Source of the DNA: an uncultured Nitrososphaerota archaeon
Lineage (GTDB): Archaea; Thermoproteota; EX4484-205; JAAOZP01
Length of the DNA stretch: 64,000 nucleotides
Reading direction: 5' to 3'
NCBI GenBank assembly: GCA_964416155.1
Contig: CAYQCW010000001.1
Coordinates: forward strand, 96,001 to 160,000
Below, piece by piece: positions 10,073 through 18,943 of the stretch. The notes under the pieces were generated by a model. That model was not told where the DNA came from. It searched no databases and saw only the letters and a list, made by a program, of their open reading frames with translations. Both the position numbers and the translations under genes were made by a program. The first letter of the stretch is position 1; every line of letters starts with the position of its first letter.

Positions 10073-12967
10073 TCACCAGGTGGCTTTAACGCATGCTTTC
10101 ACGCCAGCAGGCAGTTCAACCTTCCAGCGTCCATTTTCAAACAATGGTTTCAAGCACCTGTCGCTAGCCCTAATGGTTATTTCTGATACTTGGGGAACGA
10201 AATAAGGCATTACTGCTTCCCCGTTTAGGCCGCCGGGCAACTCAACCCATAGTGTGAAACTCTTTTCTTTCCGGCTCCATCGCACGTTTACCACACCCTT
10301 GGGTGTTGGAAAACATCCTCGTGCCCAAGTTAAGTCAACAGGTTCAGGCGCGATTATCACGCCATTCGAAATAACCTCTCTAGGCTTTACGCCAAGCACA
10401 TAGCTGCTTAGGAAGAACACGGGTATAGCGCTCCACGCGTGACAGTGGCTTCTAGTTTTTGGTGACAGAATCTCCCACGTGGTTGTTGCACCATAATCCA
10501 ACATGGCACCCCATTCCTGCCTTATTATTTCCAATGCTTTTTCAACATCACCGTCTCTAGCATAAGACTCGATGAGGAAAGCGAGAGCAAACGGGCTTCC
10601 AAACCTGACAAAGTCTTCCGGCCACTCGTAGATATATTTGCGTACGATGTCTTTCCTATCATCATCAGCCGCATTGCAAAGATAAATCATTGTGTGAGTT
10701 TGCAGGCTGAAAACCTTGCTTCTCCCACCATCATGATGCACCGCGTCAACATAAGCTTTCCTCTGCTCGTCCCAGAGATACCGGTTAATTGCCCGTTTAA
10801 CCGTTTCAGCAAGCGTTTCAAATTCTTTAGCATCACTCTCACCACCTATTTTTCTCGCGATAGCCGCTGAACGCCTATATGCTTCTACAAGCATCGCGTT
10901 TTGATGCGTCACCACCCCCCTGCTCGGAGTATCCATCGGCGCCCAGTCAAGCATATTCCAAGCCTCGATTTCCATCAGGCCATCGTTACGGATAAACTTC
11001 TCAGCAATATTGCGCATCTGCTTTGAGATAAACGGATACACTTCCTTCAGAAAGGCTTCATCCCCTGCGTATCGATAGTATTCCTCGCATGCCCAAACCC
11101 AGAGCAACGCCCAGGCGGTCAAGATGTTTTTCCAGCCGCTTGGCACTTGGCTCTCAACCAGCGGGGAGCGGAATAGAGATTCCCCTGCTAGAAGCCAGCA
11201 TCTTCTTGCTAAAGCATAACCACCGTAGGTAGCGTAAGTGATTAAAGCCTCGTGTCGAGCATCGCCCACCCAGAAGGTTTGCTCATAGGCTGGGCAGTCT
11301 ACATAAGTGTCCTCGCTGCAGAGGCGCAGAGTATATCGACACATTTGCCAAATACTGTTAAGCCTCCAATCGTTGCAAACGAATTCCCCAGCCTCCCCGA
11401 AAGGATAAGTGTTTAAAAGGCACCTTACAAACTTGATGCGAACAGGCATCTTCTCTTTCTTTGGAAAGCGAATAGTTAGAATCAAGTAGCGGAATCCCCG
11501 GCGAACAACGCTTGTGTAGCTCTGCCATCCCTCTTTAGTCGTGTAACGCAGCACATTATTGAGGCCGAAAGTATGCTGTATATCAAAACCATAATCATCT
11601 CTAGGATGCATCGCTTCAAACCCGTAGAAATCAAGCGTAACACCCTTTGGAGCATCAACTTCAAAATCTATGAAGCCGACCAGCTCACGGCCGAAGTCTA
11701 TTAGCAGCTCAGCATCACCTTTCTCGGAGGGCCATATGGTAGCAACCTCATCGTTCGGCGAACAAAGGTTCCCAATGCCTTCAGAGAAAATATCCTCCTT
11801 AACTTCCTTTGCGAAAACAATTCTTGCAAAAACATGGTCTGATGCGAAATGCTCGGGTGCGACAGGTTTAACTGAAGAGGCTTTAAAGATGTCTTCAACA
11901 GTCCTCGCATCCCGGATATTCTTGAAACCATTCTCATCAGGTGACGGAAAAGGGCCGGCTATTGCCCATGGAGCACCAGCCTTACTCAGCGGGTTTTCAA
12001 ATTCTAGGTCTTCACCGTCCCATACTGTTGTAAACCACCAGTCATGGTAACGGCCAGTAACATCGAAAACAACCAGGTTCTCGCCCTCCGTAAGCTTGAG
12101 TAGAACTGTGTTACCGTCGACCGGCATGTCCACGCCGTTAACCCGGACGCACCGCGCACCGAGACCGATTCCATTCACACCAGTAACCTTCACCTCTCTA
12201 GCTACAGATGTTTTCACAACTATGATAGCAAGCCCAATTATTTCCTGAAGATTTGACAAACGGTCACCGGGAATGAGGCTTGGGCGCAAGTCAAAACTGT
12301 ACACTATGCTAGGCGGGGTAACTATGCGTGTACGTAATACTCGCACAGGATATACTGGTTCGCTAGTGAGGAATGGTATTGGCCTTTTAACCAGATTAAC
12401 CCATGGTTTCTCGGAATCATCGGTAAGCTCGATTGCATGCTGCCAGTGGCTATCGTCGAAGCCAGGATATTTCCACTCCGGATCCTTAGATGCGTCATAG
12501 TGTTCCACGAAACCCTGTTGACACGATATGCGTGGGGCATGCTGGTCGTAGGCTGTGCTGATGCAAACCTTCCAATCCCGGTCTGTTGAAACTGTAATTT
12601 CCCTCCCACTTCTAGTTTTCATGTCTAACTGTGCGAGTAGGCCGCCGCGGCCGAGCGGGTACTGGAAATTAGTTTCACCAGGTTGCCATACAATTATGGA
12701 AACAGTATTTATCAAACCAGTGTTTAAATATGGCTTAACATCATATACGTCGTAAAACCATGAATGCTGCCATCCTCTTATAGGACCATTACTAATCCTT
12801 CGCCCATTTATGAAAAGAACGTAACGTGCGTCAGCAGTTATTTTAAGCTCCGCTGTTTCAACGTCGAACGGAACCTCGAAGTTCTTACGTGCACAGACAT
12901 AAATGTTTCGCGATGCCTCATTATTGTTATTTACCCAGATCCACTTCGCCTTCCATCCTTCCAGCAT
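10073..12967 (-). CDS. GH78 alpha-L-rhamnosidase family protein
   Basis: Motifs AKWIW, ITADARYVLFING, IDFGRELVG, DCPAYEQTFWVGD, GATTTWE and SHCHAWS. Confidence 0.88.
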   Translation of the reverse strand: MLEGWKAKWIWVNNNNEASRNIYVCARKNFEVPFDVETAELKITADARYVLFINGRRISNGPIRGWQHSWFYDVYDVKPYLNTGLINTVSIIVWQPGETNFQYPLGRGGLLAQLDMKTRSGREITVSTDRDWKVCISTAYDQHAPRISCQQGFVEHYDASKDPEWKYPGFDDSHWQHAIELTDDSEKPWVNLVKRPIPFLTSEPVYPVRVLRTRIVTPPSIVYSFDLRPSLIPGDRLSNLQEIIGLAIIVVKTSVAREVKVTGVNGIGLGARCVRVNGVDMPVDGNTVLLKLTEGENLVVFDVTGRYHDWWFTTVWDGEDLEFENPLSKAGAPWAIAGPFPSPDENGFKNIRDARTVEDIFKASSVKPVAPEHFASDHVFARIVFAKEVKEDIFSEGIGNLCSPNDEVATIWPSEKGDAELLIDFGRELVGFIDFEVDAPKGVTLDFYGFEAMHPRDDYGFDIQHTFGLNNVLRYTTKEGWQSYTSVVRRGFRYLILTIRFPKKEKMPVRIKFVRCLLNTYPFGEAGEFVCNDWRLNSIWQMCRYTLRLCSEDTYVDCPAYEQTFWVGDARHEALITYATYGGYALARRCWLLAGESLFRSPLVESQVPSGWKNILTAWALLWVWACEEYYRYAGDEAFLKEVYPFISKQMRNIAEKFIRNDGLMEIEAWNMLDWAPMDTPSRGVVTHQNAMLVEAYRRSAAIARKIGGESDAKEFETLAETVKRAINRYLWDEQRKAYVDAVHHDGGRSKVFSLQTHTMIYLCNAADDDRKDIVRKYIYEWPEDFVRFGSPFALAFLIESYARDGDVEKALEIIRQEWGAMLDYGATTTWEILSPKTRSHCHAWSAIPVFFLSSYVLGVKPREVISNGVIIAPEPVDLTWARGCFPTPKGVVNVRWSRKEKSFTLWVELPGGLNGEAVMPYFVPQVSEITIRASDRCLKPLFENGRWKVELPAGVKACVKATW

Positions 12968-13031
12968 GCTGCGATAAGATTTCGATCGGAATATAAAAAT
13001 TTAACTATATTATAAATAACAAACGGTTCGG

Positions 13032-14210
13032 CTAAGGATCTCCGTGTATTATGTTGGTCTTATAGACATCCGGGCCAAAGACCTTATAGAGCACAAGATC
13101 CTCTTTTCCAGTGTTAACTATTTTATGAGGCTGCGTTGCGGCGTCAGCAGATATGAAGAGCTCGTCCAAGCCAGGGTTTTGGCCCTTAACCAAGACATTC
13201 CCAATCCTGCCTTCCCCCTTCCAAACGAAAGCAAGGTAAGCATTGTTTTCAACACTTTCAACAGTCTCTCCTGGAAAAACCCTGGTTTCCTTCCCGCAGA
13301 ACTTCCTTGTCCGATCAGGCGGGAACACCCAGTGTTCAACACCCTTGCGCTCAAACTCGGGTGCCTCAACCTTCGTTGGAACCACATGGTGCTTCTTGTA
13401 GAAAAACGGGTCTCGCGACCTCCTCCAGTCGATCAGCTTAGCAACAGTCTCCTCATCAGACAGGCCTCGCAACATGTCTTCCCTTGACATTCTCCTCCCC
13501 CCGCATATCGCTTGAAGAATGTTGTAAACATCAGACTCCTCCTGGATCTCTAGTGTTAGGGCCGTCCCTGGAGCGTGGGGAACCCCGGCGAAAACGTAGA
13601 AACCCTCCCCGATATTCAACCTGTAGGCGGGGGAAAGATCCAAAACCCTATCGTCGCTCCATCTTTTCAGCAGCGGGATCAAGTCCTCCTCACCGACATG
13701 CGGATGAACAGCTATGTGAGAATACGGGAAAGTCCCTTTTTCCTCGGTCTCTAGAAAATAATAGGCCTCGTCCTTCCCATTCATATTCCAGTATTTTTTC
13801 GCATCCTCCTCTCTCGCATGCACGTGCCACGGGATAGGGGTTCCAATGTCAAGAACCTTCGTTAAAACCCCGAACCGGGCGCCGTGTTCCGCCGCATACT
13901 TGTCGCCGAGAAGCTCTCCAGGAAGAATTTTAAACGCATCCTTAAGGGAAAGCTTGGCCTGCTTCTGTGTGAAGGATATGAAGCTTAAACCCTCGTTTTC
14001 AACCTTAACCGGGTTTACGGCTTCAACCGACGATGCTAACCATCTTTCACACAACCAGCCTCTGGAGGGACCAGCATAGTAGTCTTTCAACCCGAGCCTA
14101 CCCATGCTCGGATACAGGGTTCTCGCCACGAAGGACGGGGCGAGTCTCAGAACCCCGCCGTTCGCGCTAAGCTCCTCTCCAAGTAACTTTTCCTCATTTT
14201 TAAAGCACAT
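13032..14210 (-). CDS. Uncharacterised cupin protein, mannose-6-phosphate-isomerase-like (start taken as ATG 14210)
   Basis: Cupin metal motif KVLD...IPWHVH...GKDEAYYF...GVPHAPG...EIQEESD. Confidence 0.65.
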   Translation of the reverse strand: MCFKNEEKLLGEELSANGGVLRLAPSFVARTLYPSMGRLGLKDYYAGPSRGWLCERWLASSVEAVNPVKVENEGLSFISFTQKQAKLSLKDAFKILPGELLGDKYAAEHGARFGVLTKVLDIGTPIPWHVHAREEDAKKYWNMNGKDEAYYFLETEEKGTFPYSHIAVHPHVGEEDLIPLLKRWSDDRVLDLSPAYRLNIGEGFYVFAGVPHAPGTALTLEIQEESDVYNILQAICGGRRMSREDMLRGLSDEETVAKLIDWRRSRDPFFYKKHHVVPTKVEAPEFERKGVEHWVFPPDRTRKFCGKETRVFPGETVESVENNAYLAFVWKGEGRIGNVLVKGQNPGLDELFISADAATQPHKIVNTGKEDLVLYKVFGPDVYKTNIIHGDP

Positions 14211-14217
14211 TTTCCAT

Positions 14218-15078
14218 CTAAAACCCGCTATTGCGGGTTTTAAAAGTTTCACCGTGGAAGCCGAGGAGCATCATCAATTCCCCGGTTCTTGTGAAATCGG
14301 GTATTATTGCGTCAGCCCCAGCATCCGTGAGACGCTTTATCTTCCTAGGGTTCAACCCTATTCTCCTAATCTCATCTGAGGCCACGCCAAGGGCTATTGC
14401 CCCCCTGGCTTTAGCGCTTCTAATCTCAACAGGACCGTCTCCAACCACCAGAAGTTCCCTACCGTGCAGGTTGTTTTCGCTTAAAATCCTCTCAATAATC
14501 TTCTCCTTAGAGTTTGCCTCAGTATAGTCTAACGCACCGTATACGCCTCCTTTAAAATATTTCGTAACCTCGAGCGCATCAGCCTCTTTTAAAACGTGCT
14601 CATGATCAGTGCCACTCGCCAAATACATAGTTACACCCTTTTCAAAAAGCTTTTCCAGAAATCTTCTGGACCCGCATATCATCAGGTCGTCCGGGTTCAA
14701 CTCACCGTTAACCAGTTTTCTAAGCCTCTCCTCAACAAGCAGAAGCATCCGCTGATTATATATCCTCTTATACTCGTAAGCATCCTTAGGGTTTTTCGAA
14801 ATCCCGTATCTGCGAACAGCTTCAGCAAGCCACTCCATCTGCCTTATTGTTAACATCCCGGTTGAGTAGTCAACGTACTCTCTAACCTCTCTCTCTATCT
14901 CCGGGGTTGGACGATCACCCTCGCAAATCATCTCTATCATAAGCGGGATCATCACGTCCTCCCACCCCTGTCTTATCACAGATATTGTCCCGTCGAAATC
15001 TATTAACGAATACTTTATGCGTCCAACCATAGAATTTAAATCTGGATTAAGAATCTCAAGCCACTGGTTCACGGCCAT
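14218..15078 (-). CDS. HAD-superfamily hydrolase (phosphatase)
   Basis: Motif I LIDFDGT, motif II ASGT, a conserved Lys, and motif IV VGDGPVE. Confidence 0.85.
   Translation of the reverse strand: MAVNQWLEILNPDLNSMVGRIKYSLIDFDGTISVIRQGWEDVMIPLMIEMICEGDRPTPEIEREVREYVDYSTGMLTIRQMEWLAEAVRRYGISKNPKDAYEYKRIYNQRMLLLVEERLRKLVNGELNPDDLMICGSRRFLEKLFEKGVTMYLASGTDHEHVLKEADALEVTKYFKGGVYGALDYTEANSKEKIIERILSENNLHGRELLVVGDGPVEIRSAKARGAIALGVASDEIRRIGLNPRKIKRLTDAGADAIIPDFTRTGELMMLLGFHGETFKTRNSGF
14219..14242. promoter_or_regulatory. Perfect 10-4-10 inverted repeat overlapping a putative internal BRE/TATA (minus strand) for the cupin gene
   Basis: TAAAACCCGC-TATT-GCGGGTTTTA. The minus strand reads GAAACTTTTAAAA about 28 nt before ATG 14210. 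Confidence 0.5.
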
Positions 15079-16115
15079 TCACCCTCCTTGGCAACTTCAT
15101 CAAACTTGCTTAATATTTCTCCCGGGGAAGCTGTTCCAGTAGTGTTCAGCTTTTTAAGAATAACACCGGCAGCCAGGCTTGCAACTATGCCTGCTTCAAC
15201 AGGGTCAGCTCCTCCCGCTAAGCCTGCGCCAACAGCAGAGATGAATGTGTCGCCGGCTCCCACGGGGTCTATTGGGGGTTCGGTGGGCGCAGCCGGAACA
15301 TGACGGTAGCTGGAACCAGTAACCACTAAGCATCCCTTATCGCTTAACGTTATGTAAACTGGCCGTTTAGCCTTCTCCTGCAACTCTCTCCCTATCTGCA
15401 GAAGCTCGTCCATGCCTACTTCAAGAGGATTTCCAGATGGTCGTATGGCTTTCACAGCCTCCATCCGGTTTGGCTTTAAAACCATGCTTCTGAAAAGACC
15501 TATGTGCTCCCTCGAGTCAGCTATGAAGACTACGCTCCGATTTTTCTCAGCAAGTTGAACTAGCCTGCTCCTAACGTTTTCCGTAACCACGCCGTTCAGA
15601 GTCATCTGATCCTCTATTATCACTAAATCCACTTTTTCAACAGCCTCATTAACGTTTTCAATGATTTTTTCCTCCAGGCTACTGCTCAACGGGCTGTAGT
15701 TTACAAAGTCGAGGCGAGAATCCTCCTGTTGAGAATCCCATCCGCAGAGTATTGGCTTAATATAGGTCGGCGTAACTCTTTCGCGAGACATGATTAAGAA
15801 ATCCAGCTTAACCCCGTTCTCTCTCAGCTTTTCGTTTAGAAGCCTCCCCCTCCAGTCGTCTCCAATAACGGTCACCGCAAAGACATCCTTTAACTCTAAG
15901 GCTTTAACGTTGCAACATATGTTGCCAGAGGCGCCTGGCGAATATGTCTCTCTAACGACGGGGCGAGTATAATGAGGTGTCTCCCGCGAGAGTTCTGAAC
16001 GCGTCATATCAGCATACCAATAAACGTCTAGGGCAAAGTCTCCGATCACCATGCTTCTCAAGCCTTTAAAAGAATCCAGTATTTCAACCAGTCTGGAGCG
16101 TTTCAGCCCTTTCAT
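15069..16115 (-). CDS. PfkB/ribokinase family kinase, HldE/RfaE kinase-domain-like
   Basis: Motifs VIGDFALDVY, LSRETP, PGASGN, KPNRME and DPVGAGDTF. Confidence 0.85.
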   Translation of the reverse strand: MKGLKRSRLVEILDSFKGLRSMVIGDFALDVYWYADMTRSELSRETPHYTRPVVRETYSPGASGNICCNVKALELKDVFAVTVIGDDWRGRLLNEKLRENGVKLDFLIMSRERVTPTYIKPILCGWDSQQEDSRLDFVNYSPLSSSLEEKIIENVNEAVEKVDLVIIEDQMTLNGVVTENVRSRLVQLAEKNRSVVFIADSREHIGLFRSMVLKPNRMEAVKAIRPSGNPLEVGMDELLQIGRELQEKAKRPVYITLSDKGCLVVTGSSYRHVPAAPTEPPIDPVGAGDTFISAVGAGLAGGADPVEAGIVASLAAGVILKKLNTTGTASPGEILSKFDEVAKEGEWP

Positions 16116-17775
16116 TCAAATCCAGCCTCCTAAGCAGAGAAGCCTCCAGCATCCTGCATAAAACATGGTATATTACGGAGTGCATCTCTTGCACACGGCT
16201 TGTCCCCGACGCAGGCGCCTTAATAGCGACGTCAGAGATTTCCGCAAGCATTCCCCCATCTCTCCCGGTTAGAGCGATCACCGCTAGACCTAAGGCTTTA
16301 GCGGTTGCCGCAGCATATATAACGTTCTGAGAATTACCGCTTGTGCTTATACCCATCAAAACATCCCCTCTTTTCGCCAAAGAGTAGAGTTCCTGTGCGA
16401 AGGCCATGTTCCTAGTCGGGTTATCGTTCTCAACGGCACTCGAAAGAGAATGGTTTGAGCCCAGGACTATCACGCGCAGACCCTCCTCCAGGCTTTCCAC
16501 CAAGAGATTACCGTAAGGAAGCCCTTTAAACAGCTTCCTGCGATGGATTGGTATGGGTCTCTTAAGCTCAAAGGATTTCGAAAGCTCCGCGGAAATATGG
16601 AACGCATCCGCGAAACTGCCGCCATTACCACATAGGAAGAGGGTTCCTCCAACCTTGAGACGCATATCGATAACTCTAAAAGACCTAACCAAGTCTTCTG
16701 CGATAACACTCAAACCGGGATGAGCCTTCACGAATTCTTCAACAATGTTTTTTACGGATGGTTCAAGATCCTCAGCCTTGTTTCTCTGTGCGAAGCCTAT
16801 TTCACCGAAAGCCTGGAGAGTAATATTTTCCGCAGTAATCATCCTGACAATGAGGTGACGGAGGTTGGGTATTGTCACAGCATGGTCGCCCGTTATGTGG
16901 AAGCCTTTACCCCCGAGCGAGGTTGGTCTCAAAACAATGTTTTTAAGAGGCCTGTAATAGTATTCCTCTTCATCCTTCTTTCTGGGGCGAGTATACTCCC
17001 TTATGGATTTCAGATCAAAGTTTGCAGCCGTAAACCTTTCCACTTTAAAACCAAGGTTTCTCGCGATGGACAGTGCTTTAAGAAAGACTTCAGGGCCGAT
17101 GACAGCTGATCCGAAATTCAGAAACACTCCTTCATCCAGGCTGCTGACGGTGTGAACATATTTCTTGAAATCAATCCCGCTGGCCTCACCTATGGCGGAA
17201 AAATCGCAAGCAGGATGCTGGTGAATTATGTCCGTTCCAAGCGCCACGTGGACAGTAAAAGGTATTCCCAATCTGTAAGCGTGATATAGGACACTGTACT
17301 CCTTGAACTTGAAACGTTCGCCTTCAGCAATCATCTTGCCTAGGGATTCGCCGTAGCCTAAGCCGTCGCGAACACCACGTTGAACAGCCACGTTCATCAA
17401 CAACCCTGTCTCCTCAGCCATTCCGAAGGTTCCATCCTCTATGCTTGTAGAAACATCCTCGCTGGTCTCGCCGATTAAAGCTATTTCAAAGTCATGTATT
17501 GAAGCCGCTCCGTTAGAGGCCATGTGGCTCACCACGCCCCGCTTCATAAGATCTATCAATACTGGTCCCAATCCGCATTTTATCACGTGTGCCCCCATCA
17601 TCCATAAGACTAGCCGCCTTTTTCTCCTAGCGTCCACAATCATCCTTGCAACCTCCCTTAGCTCCTGGCTTTCAAAGGGCGGCGGAGGCGACTCCGGGTT
17701 GATCAAATCCTTCAGCTTTACAAGGTTCTTCCTCTCAGATATTGGGTAAGTCTTGATCCTGTTGAAATCCAGCAT
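16084..17775 (-). CDS. Fusion protein: N-terminal deoxyhypusine-synthase-like domain plus C-terminal GmhA-type SIS phosphosugar isomerase
   Basis: C-terminal CGNGGS-ADA-H-SAEL, ISTSGNSQNV, TGRDGG and RVQEMH-VIYH match GmhA. N-terminal MMGAHVIKCGL, ASNGAASIHDFE and NFGSAVIGPEVFLK form a separate DHS-like domain. Confidence 0.75.
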   Translation of the reverse strand: MLDFNRIKTYPISERKNLVKLKDLINPESPPPPFESQELREVARMIVDARRKRRLVLWMMGAHVIKCGLGPVLIDLMKRGVVSHMASNGAASIHDFEIALIGETSEDVSTSIEDGTFGMAEETGLLMNVAVQRGVRDGLGYGESLGKMIAEGERFKFKEYSVLYHAYRLGIPFTVHVALGTDIIHQHPACDFSAIGEASGIDFKKYVHTVSSLDEGVFLNFGSAVIGPEVFLKALSIARNLGFKVERFTAANFDLKSIREYTRPRKKDEEEYYYRPLKNIVLRPTSLGGKGFHITGDHAVTIPNLRHLIVRMITAENITLQAFGEIGFAQRNKAEDLEPSVKNIVEEFVKAHPGLSVIAEDLVRSFRVIDMRLKVGGTLFLCGNGGSFADAFHISAELSKSFELKRPIPIHRRKLFKGLPYGNLLVESLEEGLRVIVLGSNHSLSSAVENDNPTRNMAFAQELYSLAKRGDVLMGISTSGNSQNVIYAAATAKALGLAVIALTGRDGGMLAEISDVAIKAPASGTSRVQEMHSVIYHVLCRMLEASLLRRLDLNERAETLQTG

Positions 17776-17953
17776 CTGCGCGTAAAGCCTTCCTCAGAGC
17801 CATATATTAACTTAATTCTTTACATGGAGAGCAGGAAGGGGCTTAAAGCGGTAGATTGTTGACTGCTGGAGAAACGTTTAAAAGTAATCTAGGATTATGG
17901 GAAACTTGTTCTCCAAACCCTTTAAATAGTGCAGGAAAAACGATTAGATAACC

Positions 17954-18943
17954 ATGAGGACCGTGAAAATAGGAGTGATCGGAGCAGGTTCCCACGCAAA
18001 TAGTGTGCACTATCCTTCACTCTCCATGATAAAGGAAGCAAATGTTAAAGCAGTATGCGACCTTAATCCAGATAGGCTTAGGATGACAGCTGAAAAATAC
18101 TCGATACCGGGCCAGTACACCGATTATAGAAAGATGTTGGAGAAGGAGGAGTTGGACGCAGTATATCTGATAATGCCTCCCCACCAGCTCTACGACATAG
18201 CGGTCGACTGTCTCAAGCAGGGCCTTAACCTTTTCATCGAGAAGCCCCCGGGCCTAACCCGCAGCCAAACTGAAAGCCTAGCCTGGTACGCTGAGAAACA
18301 CGGGTGTAAAACCATGGTTGGTTTCAACAGAAGGTTCATACCACTTATGAGAAGGGTTAAGGAGAACGTTGAGGAAAGAGGGCCTGTAAACCAATGCGTA
18401 TCGGTTTTCTACAAGAACATTCTTTCGCAAGAGCCTCCCTATTATTCTGGGGCGGTGGATGTTTTAACCTCGGACGTGATCCACGCCGTGGATACTTTAA
18501 GATGGATGGGTGGAGGCGATGTTGAAAGAATATGCAGCTTTATCCGGAGGCTTTTCGTCCCCTACGACAATAGTTTTAACGCGATGGTTACGTTCAAGAA
18601 CGGTGCACTAGGCTTCCTGATGAGCAATTGGGCAGCCGGCTCAAGGGTACATGTGTTCGAGATGCATAGCAAGGGCATATCGGCCTTCATCAACCCTAAT
18701 GAGAAAGCCTTAATATACAGGGATGGTCTGCCTGAACCCGAGGAAATATCTACTTTTGAAGCGGCAGGAGGCAGCACTGAATTCCACGTTTACTACGGGT
18801 TTCTCGGAGAAAACATGCATTTCATACGATGCGTGTTGGAGGACAGGGAGCCTGAAACCTGTTTCAGAGATGCTGTTAAAACGATGGAGCTGGTTGAAAA
18901 AATATATGCAAACTCTCTTTGTAAACAGCAGGCTTCTGATTAA
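17954..18943 (+). CDS. Gfo/Idh/MocA family oxidoreductase
   Basis: Motifs VIGAGSHA, IEKPPG, VGFNRRF and DVIHAVD. Confidence 0.9.
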   Translation: MRTVKIGVIGAGSHANSVHYPSLSMIKEANVKAVCDLNPDRLRMTAEKYSIPGQYTDYRKMLEKEELDAVYLIMPPHQLYDIAVDCLKQGLNLFIEKPPGLTRSQTESLAWYAEKHGCKTMVGFNRRFIPLMRRVKENVEERGPVNQCVSVFYKNILSQEPPYYSGAVDVLTSDVIHAVDTLRWMGGGDVERICSFIRRLFVPYDNSFNAMVTFKNGALGFLMSNWAAGSRVHVFEMHSKGISAFINPNEKALIYRDGLPEPEEISTFEAAGGSTEFHVYYGFLGENMHFIRCVLEDREPETCFRDAVKTMELVEKIYANSLCKQQASD

